A DNA stretch of 64,000 nucleotides, taken from contig NC_086107.1 in NCBI RefSeq assembly GCF_963921235.1, positions 116,004,001 to 116,068,000 on the forward strand, written 5' to 3'. Within the stretch, counting starts at the first letter, position 1. Each line of letters starts with the position of its first letter. The notes under the pieces were generated by a model. It made no database searches and had not been told where the DNA came from. It was given only the letters and a program-made list of their open reading frames with translations. A program made the position numbers and the translations under genes. Below are positions 13,401-23,700 of the stretch, one piece after another. The stretch is from Mobula hypostoma (taxonomy: Eukaryota).

Positions 13401-16400
13401 GCAACGACCATTCCCTTGCCGGAGGTGGAGGTGACCCAGATCCCAGCACCGACTCGCCGCAGTGATGAGGGGTCCCCCACCCAGCTGGAGAGAAACGTGG
13501 TCAAGCCGGAGGAAATGGTGATCAAACCAGAGACAACTGTGGTCAAGCCCCCACCACTCCCTGAGGCGGTCCCCCCTGTACAGCCGTTGCCGCCATTCCG
13601 TCAGACCATCCCTCCGAGGAAGGGCAGGGGCCGCCAGCCTGTCCCTCGGCCCCGAAGGAATCTGGAGGAAATTGGCAGGCTGATGAGCGGCAAAATGGAA
13701 AAGCAACAGGTAAAGATGGATTCCTGAAATCTCGGACTGGGAGGGAGGGGTCTTCTGGGAGTGCGGAGGGACAGAGGAAACGGGAAGGGAGGGTCCCGTT
13801 GTGAGTGTGGATGGAGGGAATGGGTCACGTTGGGAGTGAGGACAGTGGGTGTGAATTGGAAGGGAGGGTCCCATTGTGAGTGTGGATGGAGGGAGAGAAT
13901 GGGGTCCCATTGAGTAAACGGGAGGGGGGCCGGGATGGGTCCCTTTGGGAGTGAACGGGAAGGGGAGGTACTCAATAGACCTTCATTCTCTGTTTCTGAC
14001 AGATGGTGAATGAATATCCCAGTGATCAACAGGGTCGCTCAGAGGAGTAAGTGTTTCATCCACTCTACAGGGTTCAAAGCATATCACACCCCCAACTCCT
14101 GCGTCCCCGTCTCCGTGAGCAATCCCTCTCTGCCTCTCTCCCCATCGCTGTCACACCTCCCAGTCCAACAGCATCAGCCCTCCTCGCAACATCCCTCCAT
14201 CTCTCTATATCCCTCCATCCCTCTATATTCCTCCATCCCTCTATATCCCTCCAACTCTATCCCTCCATCCCTCTATATCCCTCCAACTCTCTATATTCCT
14301 CCATCCCTCTATATCCCTCCATCTCTCTATATCCCTCCAACTCTATCCCTCCATCCCTCTATATCCCTCCAACTCTCTATATTCCTCCATCCCTCTATAT
14401 CCCTCCATCCCTCTATATCCCTCCAACTCTCTATATTCCTCCATCCCTCTATATCCCTCCATCTCTCTATATCCCTCCAACTCTCTATATCCCTCCATCT
14501 CTCTATATCCCTCACTGTGTCTGTGGGCGGGAGGGGGTGGGGGGTAGCTCAGACACCCAACTGACACCCCTGTTGCCCCTCCTGACAGGGACAGGAAAAC
14601 AACAACGTCAAAGGTGTCAGAACAGATGGAGAAGGTGAGTGGGGTCCTCACCGATGGCAGCTGGATGGGTGGTGGGTCAGAGGTGGGGAAGGGTGAAGGT
14701 AGGGAGGAGGTAATGGAGACGGGGAGGGGTATGGGGGAGGGAGGGGATGACATACAGGGAGAAAGGGGTTGGAGAAGGGGAGGGGTGCAGCGGAAGGGTG
14801 GGATGGCGACGATTGGAAGGGGTTTAGGGGAGTGATGGATGAGGGAGACAGAGGTGCAGGGGAGGGAGGGGATGACAAAGATGGGGAGGGGTATGGGGGA
14901 GGGAGGGGATGACATACAGGGAGAAAGGGGTTGGAGAAGGGGAGGGGTGCAGCGGAAGGGTGGGATGGCGACGATTGGAAGGGGTTTAGGGGAGTGACGG
15001 ATGAGGGAGATGGGGAGAGTTGTAGGGGAAGGAGGGTTGAGGGAGATGGGGTGTAGGAAGGTAGGTGAGGGTATAGAAAATTACCAAATGATGGAGTGGT
15101 GTTCAGTGAGGTGAGGGCACCCTAGGATTTATGATAAAACCATAAGAATTAAGCCATTTAGCCCATCAAGTCTGCTCCACCATTCAATCATAGAAACAGA
15201 AAACCTACAGCACAGTACAGGCTTGGCTGATCTTTTCTCCCCCTTATGGACCCCACTCCCCATAATCTTAGAGGCCACGTCCAATCAAGAACCTATCAAG
15301 TTCTGCCTTAAATACACCCAAAGACCGGACCTCCACAGCTGCCCGTGGTAATAAATTCCACAAATTCACCTTCTGGCTAAAGAAATTCCTCCACATTTTA
15401 AATAAATGCCCCTCTATCGTGAGGCTGTGCCTCTTGTCCTCAACTCCCCTACCATGGGAAACCTCCTTTCCACATCTGCTCTGTGTAAGCCTTCCCTCTC
15501 AACCTTTGAAAGTGTCAACGAGGTCCCCCTCATCCGTCTAAATTCCAGTGAGTACAGACCCAGAGCCATCAAACAATACTCATATGATAACCCTTTCACT
15601 CCCAGAATCATTTTTGTGAACCTCCTCAGAACCCTTTCCTATGCCAGCACATCTTTTCTTATATGAGGATCCCAGCATTGTTCACAATGTTCAAGGTGAG
15701 GCCTCACCAAAGGCTTTTAAAGCCTCAGCATCACATCCCTGCTCTTGTATTCTAGACCTCTGGAAATGAATGCTAACATGGCATTCACCTTCCTCACCAC
15801 CAACTCAACCTGCAGTTCAACCTTTTTGGCTGCTCTGTACAAGGAATCCCAAGTCCCTTCACATCTCAGATTTTTGGATTTTCTCTCCATTTAGAAAATA
15901 GTCTGCACATTTATTTCTACTACCAAAGTGCTTGACCATGAATTTTACATTGTATTTCATTTGTCACTTTCTTGCCCACTCTCCTAATCTGTTTTAAGTC
16001 GTTCTGCAGCCTACATGTTTCCTCAACACCACCTGCCCTTCCTCCAATCTTCGTATCAGCTGCAAACTTGGCATCAAAGCCATCTATTTCATCATCTAAA
16101 CCATTGATATACAGCATCAAACAATTATCAACACTGACCCTTTGTTACACTCAGCAGAGGTGAAGGTCTGGTGATATGTTTCGGTCTCAGGGGAAATCCT
16201 GGGGGTGGCCCTCGTCCTTGCAGAGTAGGGGTGGGGTGTTTGGGAGCGGATGTTGGAATGTGATAAATGCGTACACTGCTGCCTCGGTCCGTCGATTGTG
16301 ATGGATGTTGTCTGCATGGACCTAACCCCACCCAGGAAAGTAGGGAGTGTCCCGTCACACCCCTGACTTGAAGGTGGGGGATGTCTCTGTTACCCAACCC

Positions 16401-19400
16401 TAGAACCGTCAGCTGATTCACCATCTGATCCCCTGCAGAGAATCCCAAAGGAACGCAAGAAACTGGGGAAAAAGAGCAAAGGTCATCCAAGGTTACGGAC
16501 CAAGCCCAGCACGATGCTCAGTGTCGGTGGAACGGACCTGTGGTCAGGTACTGGGAATGTCCCCATGTCACTTCTGGCCTGGTCAGTTGGCTCATTTTTT
16601 TAAGCCTATGGACAACTCCCACCTTCTTATTCTGGCTTCTGCCTCCTTTCTTTTCAGTCCCGATGAAGGCTCTTGGCCCAGAACCTCGACTGATTAGTCC
16701 TCTCTGTTGATGCTTCAGCATTTTGTACGTGTTGCTCTGTATTTCCAGCACCTGCAGCTCCTCGTGTTTATAAATTTTTTCTGCATCAATTTTCAGTTTG
16801 ATATCTTTCCTACAGCAGGGTGAGCAGAGCTGTAGACAATCGCCCGAGTGTGGTCTTCCAGCTCCTGGACCTAGTGCCCGACCTGTAGAACAGAGAACAG
16901 AACAGGGCAGGCTCTTCAGCCCTACCTATTAAACCTACTCCATCTTCCCTCCCTGTGCCTAAGAGTTTCTGAAATGTCCTTGATGTACCTGCCTCTACTG
17001 TGCATTTATTTACCAGTCTGCACATACAACTTGACCCCTGCACTTTCTTCAATTACCTTCAAAATACGCCCTCTTGTGTTGGTCACTTTCTCCCAGGGAA
17101 CAAGTCTCTGGCTGTCCACTCTGACAATGCCTCTCATCATCTTGTACACCTCTATCAAGTCACCTTTCATCCTCTTCCACTCCAGAGAGAAAAGCCCTGA
17201 TTCACTCAACCTCTCCACATAGGGCATACAATCTAATCCAGACCACATCCCGGTAAATGCCTCTGCACCCTCACTAAAACTTCCTCATCCTTTCGATACC
17301 AAGGTGACAGAACTGAACGCAGTAGTCTGACCAGAGTTTTTATAAAGGGAGAGAATAGAGGTAAGTGGGAGGGGGAGGGGGAAATAGTAGGGAAGTTGGC
17401 AGGAGAGGGAGGGGGAGGGGCAGGAGGAGGGAAGTTGGAGAGGGAGAGAGGGGGAGAGGAGGGAAGTGAGAGGGGCAGAAGGGAGGGGAAGTGGGAGTCA
17501 GGTGGAAGTTGGGGGGAGAGGAAAGATAGATGGGGAGAGGGAAGTGGGGGGAGAAGGGAAGAGGGAAATTGGGAGAGTGAGGAAAGTGGGAAGGGGAGAG
17601 GAAGAAGGTGAGGACGGAGGGGAAGAGGCAAGTGGGAGGAGGGGGAGAAGGAAGTAGGAGCGGGAGAGGGAAGTAGAGAGGAGAGGAAAGGTGGATCGTA
17701 AGAGGGAAGTAGAGGGGAGAGGGAAGTGGGGGAAGGGGAGGGGAGAGGGAAGTGGGAGAGGAGGGGTGGGGAAATTGGGGGGAAGGAAGCGGGGGGAAGT
17801 TGGAGAAAGAGAAAAGGGTTGGTTTGGTGAGGAGTTGGGCGGAGAGGAGGGGTGACGTGGTGGGTGGGGGGAGTGGGAGAGAAATCGGTTCGCTGGCATC
17901 TCTGTATAACAAGTAGCAGACAACCAGGATTAAAACCTGGATGGATGGGTGAGCAAGTCTGCCGATAACTCAGAGTGGGGCGCTGTGGGTGATGTCCAGT
18001 GAGGCCTTTCACAAAATGCGATCGGGGATGGGGGCAGTTGTCTGGTCCTGAAGGTTGCTGCTGTTGTGGACAATGTAGATTACCAAAGGACACAGGGAGA
18101 GAGATCAGTCACAGATAGGGGCGGAGAAACGGCCGATGGAAGGGTTACACTTTAGGAAAGGGAGAGGACACTGAACGGTCCTGACGTACAGAACCCATTC
18201 CTCCCTGACGGCCCGTTTGCCTTTATCACTGGAGGTGCTGAATTCAAGTCAGGAATGCCACTGGACAGGGAGGTCCAGCCAGACGAAGTCTCATCAATCA
18301 GCAGCCTCAGTCCTTTCTAGGCCGTATCTCCTTCATTTGTCAAGAGTCAGGAAGTTACGTTGCAGTTTCATAAATCTCAGGCGTGCTGTGTACAGTTCTA
18401 GAGAGCCCATCACACTACCCTTGGTGGAGTTCATACCTGCCACATCCCCTGTCCTCCAGCTACTGATCAGGAGTGAGACAGGATGCTCTCCAATTTCCCA
18501 GAATGAAACTCCATCACACACTCCCGGGGTCAGACACAGAGTGAATCTCCCTCCACACCGTCCCATCACACACTCCCGGGGTCAGACACAGAGTGAGTCT
18601 CCCTCCACACCGTCCCATCACACACTCCCGGGGTCAGACACAGAGTGAAACTCCCTCCACACCGTCCCATCACACACTCCCGGGGTCAGACACAGAGTGA
18701 ATCTCCCTCCACACCGTCCCATCACACACTCCCGGGGTCAGACACAGAGTGAAACTCCCTCCACACCGTCCCATCACACACTCCCGGGGTCAGACACAGA
18801 GTGAATCTCCCTCCACACCGTCCCATCACACACTCCCGGGGTCAGACACAGAGTGAAGCTCGCTGCACACCGTCCCATCACACACTCCCGGGGTCAGACA
18901 CAGAGTGAAACTCCCTCCACACCGTCCCATCACACACTCCCGGGGTCAGACACAGAGTGAATCTCCCTCCACACTGTCCCATCACACACTCCCGGGGTCA
19001 GACACAGAGTGAAGCTCGCTGCACACCGTCCCATCACACACTCCCGGACAAGGTTGGGGATGGATAAATGACAGTTTGCTTTCTACATCCTTGGTTCTGT
19101 GAACATCCTTCCATAGACCACACCCAATCTGGCACATCGCAGGTTCCTGAGGCTGGATCCGACGTGGAGTCAGAGACCAATTTCGAGATGTGGGTGACGC
19201 AGCTCGAGGCCCCGCAGAGTCCAAAGTTCAGTGAGGAGCGGGCTCAGCTAGCCCAGCCGAGCAAGGTAACACCCCTGTCTCCCTGTCTCCCGAGGGCAGC
19301 AGACTCTGGCCACTCTGATGGGAAACGCTGGGGGAGGGGGGAGCTGAGCCATTGGCCGCAAATGGGAAGTGAGAGGTCCCATTCGCACTGCAGACAGTGG

Positions 19401-20463
19401 GAAGGGATGGGGTCCTGTTGGGAGTGAATGAGTGAATGGATGAATGGGAAGGGGTCGGGGTGGAACTGCTGTCATCTCTGCATGTTTCTGAGATTCCAAT
19501 CTTTGTGAAGGCCAAGTCCAAAGCTGAGGGCAAACGTAAAGTGAAGACTTCCACCCGCACAGCAAAAGCAGGGTAAGTAGCTGGAACTGCAACACAGGAA
19601 GTGGGAACCCGTCCACTCTGAGCACAGTGCGTCCCACCGTGTGGGGAGGAGCGAGTTGAGTGGACCGAGGTGACAAACCAGGTGGGGGGGGTGAAATCAG
19701 GGACAGGGGGACTGAGGGGAGAGCGGAGCGGGGAGGGGGAAGGGGGATGTGGGGACTGAAGGGAGGGGGAAGGGGGACCGAGGGGACAGCGGAGGGGGGA
19801 GGGGGGCCGAGGGGAGGGAGAAGGGGAATGGGGGGGGACTGAGGAGAGGGGGATGGGGGGGCGGAGGGGGAAGGGGGCCGAGGGGAGAGCAGAGGGGAAG
19901 GGGGGCTAAGGGGAGGGGGAAGGGGGCGGAGGGGGATGGGGGACTGAGGGGAGGGGGAAGGGGGATGGGGGGACTGAGGGGAGGGGGAAGGGGGATGGGG
20001 GGGACTGAGGGGAGGGGGAAGGGGGGACCGAGGGGAGAGCAGAGGGGGAAGGGGGGCCGAGTGGAGGGGGATGGGGGGACTGAGGGGAGGGGGAAGGGAA
20101 AGGGGAGGCCGAGGGGAGAGCAGAGGGGGATGGGGGGACCGAGGGGAGGGGGAAGAGGGATGGGGGGACTGAGGGAAGGGGAAGGGGGATGAGGGGACTG
20201 AGGGGAGAGTGGGTCCACACCGTCCCGTTACGTATTCCTTGGAGACCGAGGGGAAGTGGGAGACTGGGGAGAGGTTTGGAACCCCTGGGGAAGAGTGCAG
20301 TGGGGTGCAGACCAAGGGTGGGGAGGAAAGTTGGCTGAGGGTTCCATTAAGAGGAAGTGCGGGTTGAGGTTGGAGATGAGGCTGTTATGGATGCATCTCC
20401 ACTGGACATACTGATCCAGACTGTCTGACCCACAGGCCGAAGGAACGTACAACCCAGCCTTGA
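1427..20463 (+). CDS. Uncharacterised spliced gene, 12 coding exons (1427-1468, 1894-2006, 3999-4065, 4293-4389, 12714-12833, 13366-13709, 14003-14046, 14589-14634, 16439-16547, 19117-19265, 19493-19572, 20436-20463); about 412 aa, N-terminal signal peptide/anchor then a low-complexity Pro/Lys/Ser/Glu-rich region
   Basis: Every exon is bounded by AG/GT, mostly with polypyrimidine tracts. Intron phases 0,2,0,1,1,0,2,0,1,0,2 join into one open frame of 1239 nt: [35 protein letters not shown]...[21 protein letters not shown]...[11 protein letters not shown]...[15 protein letters not shown]...GPKERTTQP*. The ATG has A at -3 and an in-frame stop lies upstream. Confidence 0.8.
1894..2006 (+). CDS. 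Orphan gene exon 2 ([37 protein letters not shown])
   Basis: ctcccacag acceptor, gttagt donor, phase 0 to 2; completes the hydrophobic segment. Confidence 0.75.
2060..3963 (+). repeat. 52-bp minisatellite, same family, filling intron 2 of the orphan gene
   Basis: More than 35 tandem near-identical copies. Confidence 0.97.
3999..4065 (+). CDS. Orphan gene exon 3 ([22 protein letters not shown])
   Basis: ttttcttgcag acceptor, gtctgt donor, phase 2 to 0. Confidence 0.75.
4293..4389 (+). CDS. Orphan gene exon 4 ([32 protein letters not shown])
   Basis: ctccctgcag acceptor, gtgaga donor, phase 0 to 1. Confidence 0.78.
4500..5060 (-). mobile_element. Degenerate Rex/Babar-type LINE 3' fragment
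   Basis: Minus-strand remnants ([18 protein letters not shown], ttcaggaacagt) parallel the better preserved copy at 9901-11040. Confidence 0.65.
5060..9900 (+). mobile_element. Rex/Babar-type LINE 3' fragment split by an internal minisatellite expansion
   Basis: Left flank NFYRY.VES...AQD.LKLQRV and right flank [20 protein letters not shown]...FRNNFF are colinear with ORF 9901..10434. Confidence 0.75.
5177..9600 (+). repeat. Composite 13/18-bp minisatellite (cacatccctccgt / cacgacacatccctccgt), about 4.4 kb
   Basis: Direct reading; source of the spurious H/T/P/S-rich ORFs. Confidence 0.97.
9901..11040 (-). mobile_element. Rex1/Babar-clade LINE ORF2 fragment (RT and C-terminus), frameshifted
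   Basis: [60 protein letters not shown] and FRNSFFP are spread over three frames. Confidence 0.9.
11060..11510 (+). mobile_element. Degenerate CR1 LINE 3' fragment
   Basis: ttggtcagaccacacttggaatat (LVRPHLEY), ctgaggagtgacct and gagctgccagaggaagtgg remnants typical of the CR1 ORF2 3' end. Confidence 0.7.
12150..12595 (+). repeat. About 60-bp minisatellite (gagcagtgggactgtgcatgtgcaggctggggagtggagcccgacgggagagggga), about 7 copies
   Basis: Direct reading. Confidence 0.92.
12714..12833 (+). CDS. Orphan gene exon 5 ([39 protein letters not shown])
   Basis: Pyrimidine tract then gacag acceptor, gtaagg donor, 120 nt, phase 1 to 1. Confidence 0.78.
13366..13709 (+). CDS. Orphan gene exon 6, proline-rich (..[42 protein letters not shown])
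   Basis: Long pyrimidine tract, cagcagcag acceptor, gtaaag donor; overlaps ORF 13416..13727; phase 1 to 0. Confidence 0.8.
14003..14046 (+). CDS. Orphan gene exon 7 ([14 protein letters not shown])
   Basis: tctctgtttctgacag acceptor, gtaagt donor, phase 0 to 2; required to keep the downstream exons in frame. Confidence 0.75.
14190..14512 (+). repeat. 18-bp pyrimidine minisatellite (ccctccatccctctatat)
   Basis: Direct reading. Confidence 0.92.
14589..14634 (+). CDS. Orphan gene exon 8 ([15 protein letters not shown])
   Basis: cctcctgacag acceptor, gtgagt donor, phase 2 to 0. Confidence 0.75.
14715..15010 (+). repeat. Tandem duplication of a G-rich unit of about 160 bp
   Basis: ggggatgacatacagggagaaaggggttggagaagg...ggtttaggggagtga occurs twice, about 162 bp apart. 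Confidence 0.85.
15135..16140 (-). mobile_element. CR1 LINE 3' fragment
   Basis: Minus-strand [18 protein letters not shown] (degenerate FADDTK), [24 protein letters not shown]; 3' tail near 15140. Confidence 0.88.
16439..16547 (+). CDS. Orphan gene exon 9, basic ([36 protein letters not shown])
   Basis: cccctgcag acceptor, gtactg donor, phase 0 to 1. Confidence 0.75.
16620..16760 (+). mobile_element. Penelope-like element terminal remnant with a degenerate hammerhead motif
   Basis: cagtc-ccgatga-aggctcttggccc-agaac-ctc-gactg follows the minimal hammerhead layout found in Penelope-like repeats. Confidence 0.55.
16780..17345 (-). mobile_element. CR1 LINE 3' fragment(s)
   Basis: [54 protein letters not shown]. 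Confidence 0.85.
17345..17880 (+). repeat. Polypurine (G/A) low-complexity tract
   Basis: Direct reading. Confidence 0.85.
18511..19047 (-). repeat. 52-bp minisatellite family, inverted orientation, about 10 copies
   Basis: Reverse complement of the 530-3963 unit. Confidence 0.95.
19117..19265 (+). CDS. Orphan gene exon 10 ([49 protein letters not shown])
   Basis: ccttccatag acceptor, gtaaca donor, phase 1 to 0; lies within ORF 19068..19427. Confidence 0.78.
19493..19572 (+). CDS. Orphan gene exon 11, Lys-rich ([26 protein letters not shown])
   Basis: tttctgag acceptor (weak GAG), gtaagt donor, phase 0 to 2. Confidence 0.7.
19685..20210 (+). repeat. G-rich low-complexity repeat (gggggactgaggggagggggaagggggat)
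   Basis: Direct reading; dense runs of four to seven G. Confidence 0.88.
20436..20463 (+). CDS. Orphan gene terminal coding exon (PKERTTQP*)
   Basis: acccacag acceptor; the phase-2 join gives TGA at 20461-20463. Confidence 0.55.
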
Positions 20464-20789
20464 AGAGCAGCAGGAACACAAAGGTTGTTGGTGAGAAGCT
20501 CACTCGGCCATCCCCTCGAATCAACAGGACACTGGTTGTGCAGGGTGTGCACTTGATCAGAGTCTTCCTCTCTCCCCAGGTGGGGCTGAGTCTGATCGAT
20601 AGAAAATTACATTCGGATTTAGCCTGGAATTTTATTGTGGACTGTGGACACTCCATATGAGAATGAAATGTGATCATTACTCAATGCTTCCAGTTTTCAC
20701 TGACCCTCGTAATGACTGAGAGAAGGGGGGTGAGGTGTAGGAGTGGTGACTTTGTCATCTCTCTTTCTCTTTACCACTCACTCCCCTAT

Positions 20790-23700
20790 CCCCTCCATAT
20801 GTAACGCTGTTCCCTCCTCCCACCATATGTAACACTCCACCGTACATAACGTTTCCCTGTCCTCTCCCCGTACGTAACGTTCCCCTCCTCTCCCTGTACG
20901 TAACACTCCCCCCGTCCTCTCCCCATACGTAACACTCCTCCATACATAACGTTACCCCGTCCTCTCCCCGTACGTGACGCTCCCCCGTCCTCTCCCCGTA
21001 CGTAACACTCCCCCGTCCTCTCCCCGTACGTGACGCTCCCCTGTCCTCTCCCCATACGTAACACTCCTCCGTCCTCTCCCCGTACGTAACACTGGGAGAG
21101 GACAGGGGGAGTGTTACGTACGGGGAAGAGGCAGGGGAGTGTTGAGGACGGGAGAGTGTCCTCTCCCCGTACGTAACACTCCCCTGCCTCTCCCCCGTCC
21201 TCTCACCGTACATAACACTCCCCCATACATAACGTTCCCCTGTCCTCTCCCCGTACGTAACGCTCCCGTCCTCTCTCCGAATGTAACGCTCCCCTGTCCT
21301 CTCTCCATACATAACCCTCCCCCGTCCTCTCCCGATACGTAATGCTCCCCTGCTCCCCTCCCCTGCCTCTCCCCATACGTAACGCTCCCCCGTCCTCTCC
21401 CCGTACGTAACGCTCCCCTGCCTCTCCCCGTACGTAACGCTCCCCCGTCCTCTCCCCGTACGTAACGCTCCCCCGTCCTTTCCCTGTACGTAACGCTCCC
21501 CCGTCCTCTCCCTGTACGGAATGCTCCCCCATCCTCTCCCCGTACATAACGCTCCCCTGTCCTCTCCCCATATGTGACACTCCCCCCGTCCTCTCCCCAT
21601 ACGTAACATTCCTCCATACATAACGTTCCCCCTTACGTAACACTCCCCTGTACATAACGTTCCCCTGTCCTCTCCCCGTACGTGACGCTCCCCCGTCCTC
21701 TCCCCGTACGTGATGCTCCCCCCGTCCTCTCCCAGTGTTACGTACGGGGAAGAGGCAGGGGAGTGTTGAGGACGGGGGAGTGTCCTCTCCCCGTACGTAA
21801 CGCTCCCCTGCCTCTCCCCCGTCCTCTCACCGTACATAACACTCCCCCATACATAACGTTCCCCTGTCCTCTCCCCGTACGTAACGCTCCCGTCCTCTCT
21901 CCGTATGTAACGCTCCCCTGTCCTCTCTCCATACATAACCCTCCCCCGTCCTCTCCCGATACGTAACGCTCCCCCGTCCTCTCCCCGTACGTAACGCTCC
22001 CCCGCCTCTCCCCATACGTAACGCTCCCCCGTCCTCTCCCCATACGTAACGCTCCCCTGCCTCTCCCCGTACGTAACGCTCCCCCGCCCTCTCCCCATAC
22101 GTAACGCTCCCCCATCCTTTCCCTGTACGTAACGCTCCCCCGTCCTCTCCCCGTACGTAATGCTCCCCCGTCCTCTCCCCGTACGTAACGCTCCCCCGTC
22201 CTCTCCCCATATGTGACACTCCCCCCGTCCTCTCCCCATACGTAACATTCCTCCATACATAACGTTCCCCCTTACGTAACACTCCCCTGTACATAACGTT
22301 CCCCCGTCCTCTCCCCGTACGTGACGCTCCCCCGTCCTCTCCCCGTACGTGACGCTCCCCCGTCCTCTCCCCATACGTAACACTCCTCCGTCCTCTCCCC
22401 GTACGTAACACTGGGAGAGGACGGGGGGAGTGTTACGTACGGGGAAGAGGCAGGGGAGTGTTGAGGACGGGGGAGTGTCCTCTCCCCGTACGTAACGCTC
22501 CCCTGCCTCTCCCCCGTCCTCTCACCGTACATAACACTCCCCCATACATAACGTTCCCCTGTCCTCTCCCCGTACGTAACGCTCCCGTCCTCTCTCCGTA
22601 TGTAACGCTCCCCTGTCCTCTCCCCATATGTAACGCTCCCCCGTCCTCTCCCGATACGTAACGCTCCCCCGTCCTCTCCCCATACGTGCTCCCCTGTCCT
22701 CTCCCCATACGTAATGCTCCCCCGTCCTCTCCCCGTACGTAACGCTCCCGTCCTCTCTCCGTATGTAACGCTCCCCTGTCCTCTCCCCATACGTGACACT
22801 CCCCCGTCCTCTCCCTGTACGTAATGCTCCCCATCCTCTCCCCGTATGTAACGCTCCCCCGTCCTCTCCCCGTACGTAACACTCCCCCGTCCTCTCCCCG
22901 TACGTGACGCTCCCCCTGTCCTCTCCCCGTGCGTGACGCTCCCCCTGTCCTCTCCCCGTACGTAACGCTCCCCTGCCTCTCCCCCGTACGTAACGCTCCC
23001 CCCGTCATCTCCCCATATGTGACACTCCCCCCATCCTTTCCCCATACGTAACACTCCTCCATACATAACGTTCCCCCGTACGTAACACTCCCCTGTACAT
23101 AACGTTCCCCTGTCCTCTCCCCGTACGTGACGCTCCCCCGTCCTCTCCCCGTACGTGATGCTCCCCCCGTCCTCTCCCCGTACGTGACGCTCCCCCCGTC
23201 CTCTCCCCGTACGTAACACTCCTCCGTCCTCTCCCCGTACGTAACACTGGGAGAGGACAGGGCGAGTGTTAAGTACGGGGAAGAGGCAGGGGAGTGTTGA
23301 GGACGGGGGAGTGTTGAGGACGGGGGAGTGTTGAGGACGGGGGAGTGTCCTCTTCCCGTACGTAACACTCCCCTGCCTCTCCCCCGACCTCTCACCGTAC
23401 ATAACACTCCCCCATACATAACGCTCCCCCGTCCTCTCCCCGTACGTGACGTCCCCCCGTCCTCTCCCCGTACGTGACGCTCCTCCATCCTTTCCCCGTA
23501 TGTGACACTCTCCCCGTACGTGACGCTCACCCCGTCCTCTCCCTGTGCGTGACACTCCCCTGCCTCTCCCCGTACGTGACACTCCCCCGTCCTCTCCCAG
23601 TACGTAACACTCCCCTGCCTCTCCCCGTACGTAACGCTCCCCGTCTTCTCCCCATACGTGACACTCCCCCATCCTCTCCCCGTTCGTAACGCGCCCCCTG

